A stretch of DNA of 64,000 bases from Octopus vulgaris (Eukaryota). Position numbers and translations under genes: made by a program. This document shows, in pieces, positions 25,896 through 39,134 of the stretch. The stretch lies in contig OX597816.1 of the NCBI GenBank assembly GCA_951406725.2, positions 118,668,001 through 118,732,000 of the forward strand. Reading direction: 5' to 3'. Under the pieces are notes generated by a model, which had not been told where the DNA came from, did no database searches, and saw nothing but the letters and a program-made list of their open reading frames with translations. Within the stretch, counting starts at the first letter, position 1, and each line of letters starts with the position of its first letter.

Positions 25896-26323
25896 CCGTT
25901 ATGCAAGATGTGTCATGGATACATTGTGAAATCATTTTAAAAGTGCTTATAACCCACTCTTGGAGGCTTTTATTGATGAAATTATATGAAGTTATAATTG
26001 ATTGGTTATGTGGGCCATTTAAAATTTAAACCAGGTCTTCCATTAAACTTGTGAAAAGAGCTGTTAGTCTAGTCTAGTTGTTTGGTGATAAACACAGCTT
26101 GTAAATATTTATATAGGAGAGAAAAGTTATATTACTTTGAAGTAAACTTAGGCGGCAGTATTAATAGATCTGATGAAACCTATATTTTATTAGCAAGTCA
26201 TTTATGTTTATTGTAATAAGATTTCTTTATTGCTGGATTTATTTCTGAAACTTAAAGAAACTGTAGCATGTGAAACAGTGTGGACTAAGCAGAGAAATAG
26301 TAATGCTGAGAGGTTATTTAAAT

Positions 26324-26987
26324 CAGTGGTTCTCAACTGTTTTTTGCCAATGGACCCTTTGGTTTTTATTTTAGTCAGGTGAACCCTCATAACTATGTCA
26401 TGTTTAAAAAATCCTATTATATTTTTATAACTAAATATTGTATGAAAATAATTGCTAAAATGTTTATCACCACATCAATATGGCTGTTCTATAAGAATCA
26501 ACGCTACTACCATTTTTAACCCCAGTAGGAGCCTCCTTCAACTGGTTATCAATGCAATCTGCACCCATTCTATACTGCAAACAGGGGAGCGAACCCCTAC
26601 CAACTTCCAGCAGACGATGGGATCACCAGACTGTACAGTTTTGCGCTATTTGTACCCATCCTCAGTGGTAAACACCTGTCTGCTGGAGATAGCAGTGATT
26701 TGCTTCAGCTTGCAATATACAGAAAAACCAAGCGACAATCAGTCACTGATCTTGCAACAAATAAAGTAGCTGGTTAGAAAATCTAGCTGGAGGAAGCTCG
26801 TCTTGGGGTTAAAAATGGTAGTAACATCAATTCTTACGGAACAGCCATATTCATGTGGAGATAAAACATTACTTCTCGGTATAGTTACTACTTTCATCTT
26901 TTACAGATGATTTTCTGATTACCTACTTTAATTATCAAAATATTTTGTGTGTTGTAAAAATATAACCTGCACATAAGAGAACTACTG
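26324..26987. mobile_element. hAT-type MITE carrying a nested fold-back element (26459-26870)
   Basis: CAGTGGTTCTC / GAGAACTACTG termini; 8-bp flanks atttaaat / ctttaaat; same family as 53366-53616. Confidence 0.8.
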
Positions 26988-29269
26988 CTTTAAATGAAAC
27001 TAAAATATATAAATATAAGAAAAAGGTAACCTGGTTGTTACAGTTTGAAAAGATAAGAGGGATTTAAAGCTCTTATATACAAATACTACCGAAAAGGAAC
27101 AACATATCACTAGAAGACAAAATAATGGTAACTTGGAAAATGTAATTTTCCCCCTATAAAATCAAGCTTTATGATAAATGAATAAATCAGGCAGATTTTT
27201 TTTCCTGATTAATTTAGTTGAGTTATGATGTATGTAGGAAAGTATAAATCAGATCTTCATTTTTAATTAAAAAAAATTTTTTTGATTGGTTCAGTCATTG
27301 AACTGCAGCCATGCTGGGGCACTGCTTTGAAGGGTTTAGATGAAAAAAAAACCCCAAAAAAAACCCAGTACTTCTTTTTTTTAAAGCTAGATACTTATTC
27401 TATCAGCCTCCTTTGCAAAACGAGGATGTAAACAAACCAACACATGCTTCTTTTAATTTCCATGTACCAAATCCACTCACAAGGTTTTGGTTGACATGGG
27501 GCTATTATAGAAAACACTTGCCCAAGCTGTTACCCAGTGGGACTGAACCCAGAACTAGTCAAGTGGGAAGCAAGTTTCTTAAATTTTACAGGAATTGTGA
27601 TAAAACTGAAGAACTGAATAATGTTTATTAGTAAATGCTTACAAAATTTTCTCAAATACAAATGGGTGGTGGGTTCATTAATATTAATTTGGCTTTTATT
27701 GTTAAAGTGGAAATAAACCAAAGGACATAAAGAGTTAATGTACTGAAATATACAAACTTTAGTACTTTGAGCCAGATGGACTTCATTGTTGGTAGTTAAG
27801 TATATTGGCTGCTGATAGAACCCAATGCCTTTGGTAGGATATAAACTCTTGACCTATGAACTTGGTTTATGTGTGGTCTGTGCAGAATGATTGTCAGCTT
27901 CAATTTTACAATAGTGAAACAGAATCCTGGTTTGAATGTAATTGAAAACTTGTGCTCTGAACAAAAATTATATTTGGGTCAGCATATTTTGCATGGATTG
28001 CTAAAGTAGTGAAGCATTCTACACAAGGAATACTTGACAATATCTGTGGGATGTCTATTGTTTGTTTGTTTAAAAAGCCTGCTTAGTTCAGGATGAATGA
28101 ACTGCCCCTTGGCCTTGCTATTGATCAAAGGAAAATTGTCAATTGTCAGTTGCTAATGAGAACACTTTGGATATCCAGATGTTATTTGCAGGACAATCTA
28201 CACACATACACATTCAAACATTGTAATTAACCTTGTGGATAATACAAGAAGACATGATTAGTTATATGCATGAAAGGCATTTTTAAATGACAAAAGTTAT
28301 ATTAGGATATTCAAGGTATCACATAAATTATTAAATTTATTAACATTATGTATGGATACTATAGTATATCTTGCTAGATTTAATATACTGATATTTTCTA
28401 ACACCTACTCAATTACTTTTCTGAACTGCTCTACTGATGGGAATTCTGAACAACTTATATAGAATATTTCCCATTCTATTCATTAGAATTATGTCCATTC
28501 TTATGAAACATTCACAGGAAAAGAAATAAAGGTGAGAGACAGAGATGAAATAGAGAGAGAATGAGAGAATATGTATGAGTAAAACTACACTGTTTACAAC
28601 TAGGCAAGTATTTTGAACAGTTAAAAAAAGGTAAGTACAATGCATTTGAAAGAGGAAACCACTAAAGAGGCCCTTGATTACAGGACTTAATATAGCATAA
28701 AAGGAACACATATTGTTGGTATGAAGCCAAAGTTAATGGAAACAGAATATGGGTTGGCTTTCATACCAGATATAAGAGAAAACATTGCTTCAGTGCAGGA
28801 ATATGGCTGATTGAGATAACCCAATAATGCTGTTAAATGAGAGTTTCAGGTCATTTGTCAGATGGTATAAAGTTTCCTAGGGATTTAGTTTTTAAATTGC
28901 TTTTGCTCCTGTATTTTTGTTTCCCAGTGACTTAATATACAGAGTGCTATTTCAATAGGGATACAGAAATACATTAGTCATGGGCTGTAATAATGAGCAC
29001 ATCTATAGATGATAAGTTCATCATAAAAGAAGGTTAAGAAAGATATTCCTATCTATTTATTACACACATGTTTATGACAAAAGTAGAAAACGATGAGCTA
29101 GAAACAGCAGTTAAATCTCCCTTACATTATTACTGTTTTAATCCTTCTGATACCAACCAGCTGAAACTGTTTCTGGTTCTATGATATAAATTTCCTGTTT
29201 TAAAGAAATATAAATAAAAACTTTCCATCAAAATTTCATATAAATTTATATTCTTTATAGCTTAATAAT

Positions 29270-29665
29270 GATTATGGTGATGTTGATCATTTAACATATG
29301 TTTTCTATGCTGGTATGGGTTGTACAGTCTGGCAGGAATTGGTAAAGTCAGGGGCTGCACCAGCTTTCACAGTCCATTTTGGTTTGGTTTCTATGGTCGG
29401 ATGCCCTTCCTAACACTAATCACTCCACTGAGTGTACCAGGTGCTATTTATGTGGCACCAGCACCTACATCAATTAATGCTTTTTACATAGTACCGTTTA
29501 GGATCTCAATTCTGTTGTGGTGGGCACGTCTTCTCAAGTATAGCAATGTGCCACATATTTCGATCCTCTGCCATCTTCTTTGTACCGTTTTTTAGATCAG
29601 CCTTCAATACTGTGTCTCTTGTCTTCCTGGGTCTCCTACTTCCACAACTTCCTACCACTCTAAAT
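29270..29665 (-). mobile_element. RTE 3' end nested in a piggyBac-like MITE (~29140-29790)
   Basis: RTE tail motif plus GRRRPRKT-like C-terminus on the minus strand; host MITE ends aaatatggtaataaaaggg like 54795-54816. Confidence 0.65.
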
Positions 29666-29963
29666 GATACAGTTATTTCAAATAATACAATTTTTAAAGT
29701 TATTTTACTAAATTCTTCACTATTAACCAAAATTAAGTGAAACAAAAGCTGTATATTTCAACAGAAATATGGTAATAAAAGGGTTTTAAAAATGAAAGAC
29801 ACATTAGATATACCACATAAAAGAAAGAACAGGATGATTACAGGGCACCTTTCTTTATGGGTTTGTTTGATCGGGGTTGATCTGGGTCAAACAACAACAG
29901 ACAGAAAAACAAAAAAGAAATCTTTTTTTCAAAATCCCAACTCATCATGAGAATATTTCAAAT

Positions 29964-29969
29964 TTTATT
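29964..29969 (-). promoter_or_regulatory. Candidate polyadenylation signal AATAAA for the minus-strand gene
   Basis: TTTATT on the plus strand at the far end of a repeat-poor, U-rich (minus strand) stretch following the stop codon; an alternative site lies near 30294. Confidence 0.45.
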
Positions 29970-30692
29970 TTCATCAATAAGTAATAAAAAAAAAATTACA
30001 AGTGTATATATATATATATATATATAATGCCTATGTGTTTTGGATATATGTCAGTGTGTGTGTATGAAATCAGTCAACTTTATGACAACTAATAGTTGGA
30101 AAAAAAAAAATGAAAAGAACAAAACAAGTCCTCAAGAATAAAAAAATTCGGTTATTTAAATCATAGATTTAAATGAATATTACTTTTTTAAAAAATATAT
30201 TTGTTTTTTTTTTTTAAAAAAAAAACTTTTCTTTCACAACTTTTAGTTATTAGTAGACATTAATTCTCAAAGAAAAATTGCTACTAACGCAAGTTTATTA
30301 GCAGGATTACAGTTGTATATACTAGAGGTAATTAAACAAGACAACCACTGCAATTACAGGATGAAATTAGAATACACTTGTTATACAGAGAGAAAAAAAA
30401 TTACCTATACAAATGTATGTGTGTGTTTATGTATATTTATAAACATACATAACGTAAATCATTTATGTATATTCATAAATATTTAAGCGAATGCATTGTA
30501 TAACAATAATGGATGTATACAGATTTCTAGATATGCATGTGTGTGTGTGCACAAGTAAATTAATGACAAGATGACTCTAAAGGCAGAGGAGAAAGAGAGG
30601 AAAGGAGAAGAGAGATTGATGAGAAATGGAGTCGAAATGATTTCTACTTCATTACGTATTCGTTCATTTTAACATCCAAACCTATTGATGTG

Positions 30693-30869
30693 TTAAGGCT
30701 CTGCCAAACACTCCAAGCGATCAATGACGTGGCGATAGATCTGCACTGTCTCATTGAATTGTTTGTCCAGCAGAGCATACTTCTGTTCAGCGTTCAGGTT
30801 AGGCATCGTGGCTGATAATTCATCAGGTTGAAGGATGGTTTCTAGTTTTTTGAAATCCCGACCATTTTT
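30693..30869 (-). CDS. Terminal coding exon of an unidentified host gene (58 aa + stop)
   Basis: Acceptor ttttcag at 30876-30870; phase-0 open frame KNGRDFKKLETILQPDELSATMPNLNAEQKYALLDKQFNETVQIYRHVIDRLECLAEP*; raised GC and CpG, non-repetitive, protein-like helical composition. Confidence 0.8.
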   Translation of the reverse strand, partial: KNGRDFKKLETILQPDELSATMPNLNAEQKYALLDKQFNETVQIYRHVIDRLECLAEP

Positions 30870-31299
30870 CTGAAAATATATATATAAAAAAAATGAAAAT
30901 GATAATGGTGGGAAGAAAACTTGATGAGCCTTAAAAACATTCATCCTCATTAATCTACAAAATGTTTGCAAACACACATGGCCAGATAATATCTTTGGTC
31001 ATTTGTTTATGAATCCCTTGTGTGTTTTACAAGGATGGCTTGCTAATCCAACAACCACTGAAAAGATACAAAAGAAGTGGAATTCATCACAACAAACTGA
31101 TGAAATACCTGTTAATTTTACAGTTCTCCTTACAAGATATACACTACTCTCTTTAATAGAAACTTATGTGTAAGGAGCCAATAAGGGAACCTTAAATATG
31201 TTTGAAAAAGTAATTACGCTTCCTTAAACCACACTCTAGCATCTTAAGGATCTACACACTGGATAATGTAAACAGAGTTATTTTGTATGTGTCATGATT

Positions 31300-31480
31300 G
31301 TCATCATCCGCACCATCATTTAACATCTGTCTTCCAAGCTGGCATGGGTTGGATGGTCAGACAGGAACTGGCAAGGCCAAAGGCCACACCCAGGTTCCAT
31401 AGTCTATGTTGGTTTGGTTTCTACAGCTGAATGCTTTTCCTAATGCCAACCACTTTACAGAGTGTACGGGGTACTTTTTA
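31300..31480 (-). mobile_element. RTE 3' tail leading into the minisatellite
   Basis: catcatttaacatctgtcttccaagctggcatgggttggatgg...cctaatgccaaccact. Confidence 0.8.
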
Positions 31481-32081
31481 CATGGTACTGTCACCAGTGC
31501 TTTTTATGTGACACCCTCACCAATATCAATGCTTTTATGTGGCACCAACATAAATATCAACACTTTTTATGTGGTACCAGCACCAATATTTTTTACATGG
31601 TACCAGTACCAACATGCTTTTTATGTGGCACCAGCACCAATACTAATGTTTTTTTATATGGCACTAGCACCAACTTTTTAAATGGCACCAGTACCAATAC
31701 CAATGCTTTTTATGTGGCACCAGAACTAACACTTTTTACGAGACAGCAACACATTTTACATGGCACTAACATCAATGGTTTTTTTACATGGCACCAGTAC
31801 CACCTGGTATCAACACTTTTGACATGGTACCAACACCAACACTTTTTACAAGGTACCAGCACCAACACCAATGCTTTTTACATGGTACCAGCACCAACAC
31901 TTTTTACATGGCACCAGCACCAACACCAATGCTTTTTATGTGGGACCAGCACCAACTTTTTACATGGTACCAGCACTAACACTTTTTACATGGTATCAGC
32001 AACAGCACCTACACTTTTTATGTGGTACCAACACCAATGCTTTTTTACATGGTATCACCACCAATGCTTTTTACATGGTAC
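31474..32081. repeat. Minisatellite of ~22 imperfect units of ~20-36 bp (cttttta-YRtggYaccagcaccaaca)
   Basis: Units counted by eye; derived from the RTE 3' UTR motif gcttttacgtgccacc. Confidence 0.92.
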
Positions 32082-32534
32082 TTTGGATATCAGAGATGTT
32101 AATGCCTTTTGCCACTATAATGGCAAAGTATCAGTGTCACAGTATAAACTAATACTTTGGCCAGTTCTTTGGTGTTTCAAAACCCTACTGCTTTGATCAT
32201 ATGCAGTATTATAATATTCAATGGGGTGGGGTATTGTACTGAAATGAAATAATAATCAAACTTTTTATGACAAAACACAAAGTCAACATTGTAATAAAAC
32301 AAACACTAGGTAATTACATGATCATTATATTAAAAATAGTTATAATATATATTGATGGTTTAAGTCAACAGAATATCAGAAAACTAGGTAAGATATTGGC
32401 AGATCAAGATAGCTTGTGTAAAAATTAAAAAATGCTGGCCAACAACCTTATCCAAAGATAACCTACTTTTGCATCTACAAAATAAAATTGTATTTTATTG
32501 ATTTAAATGTTTAGTTAGTATTTCTTGACCAATG

Positions 32535-32568
<34 letters not shown>

Positions 32569-32704
32569 GAGAGAGAGAAGAAACAACAGAAAATGAACCC
32601 TCAAAACAAAACCCTTGTATAATTTTACTAGCATACAAGATGAATATTGTAGGCCCAAAAATTCTATGTGAATTGCAGCAGGATTTGAAAGATAGTGATA
32701 CTCA

Positions 32705-33045
32705 TTTACCTGTTTCAGTCATTTGACTGTGGCCATGCTGGAGCACCGCCTTTAGTCGAGCAAATCGACCCCAGGACTTATTCTTTGTAAGCCTAGTACT
32801 TATTCTGTCTCTTTTGCCGAACCACTAAGTTACGGGGACAAACACAGACACACAAACGTATACACACACATACATATATATGACGGGTTTCTTTCAGTTT
32901 CTCTCTACCAAATCCACTCACAAGGCTTTGGTCGACCAGAGGCTATGGTAGAAGACACTTGCCCAAAGTGCCACGCAGTAGGACTGAACCCGGAACTATA
33001 TGGTTTGTATGCAAGCTACTTATCACACAGCCACTCCTATGCCTA
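32705..33045 (-). mobile_element. Family-A SINE with an internal deletion
   Basis: Matches 18690-19090. Confidence 0.88.
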
Positions 33046-34510
33046 GTTTACACTAGGTCAACTTGTATGTCAGAAAATACATTATTATTTATGATGTTTG
33101 GCATGCAATTTCAGTTACAAAAGTGAATTTGAATGAATTTTCATTTTGAAAATTTTGTAAGCTATGCCATTAACAGCAAGATCCAAAGATGAATTTGAGA
33201 GTTTTCTCTCTAGGAACTTTTCAAATTCCGAGAGAAAAGAAATTATTCAATTTTACATAGATGACACACATGTAAATATTTTTGATGTCAGTTGTCGTGG
33301 AAATGAAATTAAAACGAAAGAAATTTATGTGAAAACATGGAACAAAAAATGCCAAGCCTTAAATATCAATGAATTTTCACTTGCAAAAATATATTTTTTA
33401 CCAGGTAATAATGGAAAAGAAAACTTGTAAAAATAAATTGCTCCAAACAGGATAATTAATGAACATGATGAAGAAATGAAGGTAGTACTTGCCAGGTAAA
33501 GAAAGCTAATTTAATATTTATGAGAAACAAATTTTTAGTTGACTTAATTTTTTTTTCATCTTAATTGTTTGTTGTATGTGTTCATACTGCTTATATATTT
33601 ATTTAACTTTTAACATTTCATTTGAAATTTCATAATGCATTAAAAATTATATACTTATATTCTCAAACAAACACACATTTAAAAGCATTTATCCCATATT
33701 TATTGCTGGAAATTATGTTGAAATTAAATCACTGGAAAGTGTTTATCCATAAAAGGTGTTTATTAGAAAACTTAGTGAAGTACCCATGAAAAATTCATGG
33801 GTGATAGACACTCATTAGTTTTATGGTTAATTACTGGCAGTATTGAAAGGGATTATATGAATAAAATATAAACATTCTTTTTTATCATCTCATAAATAAT
33901 ATACAATTTATACATGAACAGTTAAACCTGAACATTCCTACCCAGTGTACAGCTAATGCAATGTCCTGATCAGGTTTCCACATGATTCATAGGGAAAGTA
34001 CCACAGCAGAGAGCTGAAGACACTGCTAATGATATCAGCAGGGATCTTAAAGAGAAAGTATTCAGAAACTTCCTACAGCAAAAGCATACACAGACAACAG
34101 CTGTTGCTTTTAGTTTTATGTGAAAAATGGAGCAATTGAAGGCCCGTACTTCAAATATTACTATGAACTTCAATAAACTTTAATGTATCCTTTATCTTTT
34201 ACTTGTTTCAGTCACTGGACTGCAACAAGCTAGGGCACTATCTTGAAGAGTTTAGTTTATCAGAGCCTTAACAGGTTATTTTCAGTTTCCACCTAGCAAA
34301 TCCTATCACAAGGCTATGGTCAGCCCGGGTCTGTAGTAGAACACACTTGCCCTAAGTGCCATGCAGTGGGACTGAAACTGAGACCATGTGGTTGGGAAAG
34401 CAAATTTCTTGCCATGTAGCCATTGCTGCACCTATAATATATATTGAGACTAATTTAATTCATTACACTATTTGTCTTATAGAGTTTAGTGTTAGACAAA
34501 ACAAACCTGC

Positions 34511-35950
34511 ATAATAATAATAATAACAATAATAATAATAACAATAATCCTTTCTACTAAAGGCACAAGGCCCGAAATTTTGCGGGAGGGGACTAGTTGA
34601 TTATATCGTCCCCAGTGTTTCACTAGTACTTAGTTTATCGACCACCCCATCCCCCAAAAGGATGAAGGGCAAAGTTGACATTGTCGGAATTTGAACTCAG
34701 AATGTAAAGATGGACAAAATGCTGCTTAGCATTTTGCCCAGTTTGTTAATGATTTTGCCAGCTTGCCACCTTAATAGTAATAATGACGGTTTCAAATTTT
34801 GGCACAAGGCCACCAATTTCAGGGGTGGGGAAAAGTCGATTACATCAACCCCAGTACTTAACTGGTATTTATTTCATCAACCTCAAAAGGATGAAAAAGC
34901 AAAGTCGACTTCAGTTGCATTTGAACATATAATGTAAAGCCAGAAGAAATACCAGAGCATTTTGCCTGGTGTGCTAACAATTCTGCCAGTTCTACCACCT
35001 TAATAATAATAATAATAATCCTTTCAACTATAGATACAAGGCTAGAAATTTGGGGGAGGGGGATAGTTGATTTCATCGACTCCAGTGTGTAACTGGTACT
35101 TATTTCATCAACCCCAAAAGGATGAAAGGTAAAGTTAACCTCGGTGGTATTTGAACTCAACATAAGGACGGACAAAATGTCACTAAGCAATATCACCCGC
35201 AGCAGTGGTGCCCCAGTATGGCCGCAGCCTTCGGGCTAAAACAATTTTAAGGATTTCAGGAGTGCTAACAATTCTGCAAGCTCGCCGCTTTCAATAATAA
35301 TAATAATCCTTTCTATTAAAGGCACAAGGTCTGAAATTAGGGACAGGGAACTAGTCGATTACATCGACCCTGCCCCCTGTTTCACTGGTACTTAATTTAT
35401 CGACCCTGAAAGGATGAAAAGCAAAGTCAACCTCAGCAGAATTTAAAGATGAGCAAAATACCACTAAGCATTTCGCCTGGTATGTTAACGATTCTGCTAA
35501 TCCTTTCTATTATAGGCACAAGGCCTGAAATTTTGAGGGAGGGAGATAGTTGATAACATCAACCACAGAACTCAACTGGTAATTATTTTATTGACCCTGA
35601 AGGAATGAAAGGCAAAGATGATGTCGGCAGAATTTGAACTCAGAATGTGAAGATGGACGAAATACCACTAAGCATTTTGCCTGCTAACGATTCTACCATG
35701 CATGCTAATGGTTCTGCCAGCTCAACACCTTAATAATAGTAATAATTGTTTCTAACATAGGAACAAGGTCTTAAAGCTTAGGGTTGAAAGTTATTTGAAG
35801 AAATAGAAGTCAACTTAATAATAATGATTTCTTATTTAGGCACAATGCCAGCAGTAATTGAGTGGGTAGGAAATTTAGTTGTCACTGACACCAGTACTTG
35901 GCTGGTAACTTTATTTTATTAACCTGGAGGGACGAATGGCAATTTACTGA
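34511..35950 (-). repeat. Head-to-tail tandem array of Meta-type SINE units (~5 complete, 2 decayed; ~205-290 bp) mostly joined by (TAA)n
   Basis: Repeating aataatcctttcta..ggcacaagg..gaaattt..ccccag..actggtact..aaggatgaaag.caaagt.gac..atttgaactcagaa..agcatttt..ttctgccagc. Confidence 0.92.
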
Positions 35951-37859
35951 CAGTTTAGTGATTCTGGGGGACAGAGTTATGGATATCAACCCCAGTACTT
36001 TTAGTAAAGAAGTAGAGAGAATTAATGATATTTAGCCCCTGGTTAGTTCAAATCTGGCAGACCCTGTGATAAAGGTATTCCATATATGACCACTCCAATT
36101 TTCTTTTTCTTCGTATGTAATATATGTGAGACAGGGATCTTTTCCTTTTGATGGATGGAATTTTCTAGTTAACTAAACAATTTGATAGAATGTGTCAAAA
36201 GAAAACATTTTAATGAACATGTCCTTCCTATTTTGAAAACGAAGAGGGTGTAATGGGCTTGTATTTCTAGTAGGTTGAGTTACTCACTGCATGAGTTTCT
36301 GTTGGCTCTTGATATTCAGAAATAATGTATAAAGGACAAAGAATGAGATAAGAAAAAAAGTGAGAGAGGAAAGAGGACCAGCAATACAGAATATGTGTGT
36401 GTGAGAGAGATCAGAGCATGGTTGGTAATATCTAATATCTATTTCCATACAGAGTTCTTTTCTCCCACTTCCACCTAAAAGACAATGCACTTTACTCACT
36501 AAATCCCAAGGACCCACCTCTCACTGCCCTCAATCTCTTTATCCTTCAACATCTCATTCATCTCTCTCTTTCTCTCACTCACAGACCAATGAAGATCTAC
36601 CTTTCTATCTGCCACTACCCACTTTCCCATAACAAATTGATTCCATTTACTCTCCATACACCTCTCTCATTCAGAAAAAAATTTAAAAAAAAAGTAAAAT
36701 AACCTAAAAGTTCTGTTTCCCCCTCCTCCATCAGTAGGACACTACTACCAAAACACTCTCTGCAAACCTTGAAGTTATGACCCCCATCCCACTCTAGCCA
36801 TCCAGCCTTTCTGCCACACTAACTAATCATCTTTCTTTCCCTTTACCTTCCCCTAAGTCCACCACAGTCTCTTTTTCCAAGTCCCAGTCACTACTGCTTA
36901 ACAACCAGAAAACCCTTTCCTCTACAGGATTCCCCTCCTTCCCTACAACAACAACAAATAAAAAAAAAGAAAGAAAATTCATGAGTCACACTTTAAAACT
37001 AACATTTGATTCTATAAAAAAAAGACCAACTTGTTGTTGTTGTTGTTGCAGTTTCCACCTACTGCTTCCTTAACACAGAGTGTCTGTAAGCAACAGTGAA
37101 GCTATTGTTTGTTCAACACTTCCATTTTACAACACAGTTTTATATTAATGTGTTGAGAGGCAAAAACGGCCAAGCAGATAAGGCATCATACTACTGCGTC
37201 ATAGTTCTAAGTTCAAATCCAATTATTGTGCTTCTGAGGAGGTTACTATATTCAGTGTACCTTTGTTCAAGGAGCTGCCAAGAATAGGTAGTATTATAAC
37301 TGATGGGTAAGTTATCTTCATCTGTTCTATCCAGAGTGAACCTGGTATTAATTGCGCAGTGTTAAAAAAACAAAACAAAAGAAAAAAACAAAACTAAATG
37401 ACTCAATAGTTCATAGATACATTAACTAAATTTATACACTGTTGTGGAACCATACTTAACCCGCAGGCTGATTGATTGGCCCAAGTGATACAAGCTGAAA
37501 GGACTTTGAGGCCAATCCATTGGCCCAATGGAACAAATGTTGTGAATGTTTGGTTTTGAAGTGCAATAGCTAATCAGAAATCATCTCTCAGTAGATGTAT
37601 CTCAATAGAGAAAAAAATATTGGTCTTTTTGGCTACACATACCAAAACACTGTGTCTTTCAAAAGGGTTAACATTTACAGCAGGACATAAGTTGTGACAC
37701 TAACAAATGCTCTAACCCAATGAGGTAACTCAGTGTTGATGCTCCTTCTATTACACTTGGTGTGTTCCCAAACTACCTGATATTCTTAGTAAATGCTTCA
37801 ATTTTCCTCTAAGCAAGAAACTTAACCTGTGGACCTATCTTAAAGCATGTCCTTTTCAA

Positions 37860-38225
37860 GAAGCCTGATCTATCTGACTAACCACCTTCACTTCCAACAT
37901 CTCTTAGTTAATGGAAACAATTGTGGACAGATGGGTCTCATGGAGGCAATGACAAATGACCAAGACTTTTGGTGATTATGCTGTGCTTGAGAAGACTTGT
38001 CAAGCCAAGTGAAATCATAGTGGTGGCTGATGCCAGTATCAGGTAACTGGGCACTCATTACACTATTGGAATAGTTGACATTAGGAAGGGCATACAGTTG
38101 TAGAAACCATGCCAAATCAGACTAGAACTTGGTGCAACTCTCCAGCTTACCAGTTCCAGTCAAACCACCTAACCCATGCCAGCATGGAAAGTAGATGCTA
38201 TATGATGATGATAATGATGATGAAT
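37860..38225 (+). mobile_element. RTE LINE 3' end, decayed
   Basis: GLMEAMTND.D.W..AVLEKT C-terminus followed by a tail ending (GAT)n. Confidence 0.8.
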
Positions 38226-39134
38226 CTCCTTTACCGATTTGAGTATCTTTACTTTTCCGAGAGCACAAATACTGTTTCCATGATTTCCTGTATCATACAT
38301 ACATTGATGAGGTTTTGCCACAGAGAAAGCAATAATATTCATGTCATCAGCATTGACCATATCTGGTGCAGGAAAACTTTAGCTGAGTTGCTGGCTTATA
38401 GCAATAAGAAGTTACCTTTAATAATAACAAATCCATTTTATTAAATTTTTCATTACTCTCAAAATTAATTAAAATGAAGATATTTCTACAGAAATATGGT
38501 AATGAAAGGGTTAAGGAGGAAATTGTAGGTAATATCACTTTTATAGTTGTATATGTTGTTGGAAGTGATAATCAGGAGGTGATTAACATACAGAAGGTAG
38601 AGTGCAGGAGGTGTAACTGAACCTTTCTTGCTCCTCATCTGTTTCCAAACAAGGTAATATCCCCCCCCCCCATGACCAGAAATATTTACATGGAAGATCA
38701 GAGACAAAACAACTCCACTGGTTGAGCAATGTCAAGAAAAGGTAACACAAGCATACAAATACAATGGGCTGCTTTCAGTTTCTCTCAACCAGATTCATTC
38801 ATAAAGAGGGATTACTGACTTGCTTTGTGAAGAATCTATATAAACTTATATTTCTAAACCATTCACTTCTAATGATGGACCTTTGTACTTGAAATATATA
38901 AAAGTTTCTCAACTTTCACTTATCACACTGTTAAAAGCCCTGTCTTCATTTATTATTTGTTGCCGTTTGACCCTAAGTCAGTCCAGTTTGAGCAAACGTA
39001 TGATCACATGCATTTCCAGCCAAAACCCTAAGCAGTCTACATGCAGACCATGTTATTCAATATGACCTTCTTTTCCAAGATAATATGATGTCTTTTAAGA
39101 GAAACTTGGCTGCTATTTCTAGGAATAGCTGAGT

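Noticed and set aside
27640-28900. Transposase-like remnants (CIIH on the minus strand)
   Set aside because: A single short motif with no continuous frame
31462-32196. 244-aa repetitive ORF; superficial resemblance to a CRISPR array
   Set aside because: Tandem minisatellite with no unique spacers, eukaryotic context, no cas genes; the ORF is a by-product of a stop-poor unit
33070-33500. 88-aa ORF and similarity to 24440-24780
   Set aside because: Probably very old piggyBac 5' relics; too decayed to delimit and not a host gene
33960-34090. Possible minus-strand exon, or hAT transposase relic (RAEDTANDISRDLKEK on the plus strand)
   Set aside because: All minus-strand frames hit stops before a good donor; the hAT resemblance is too short to call
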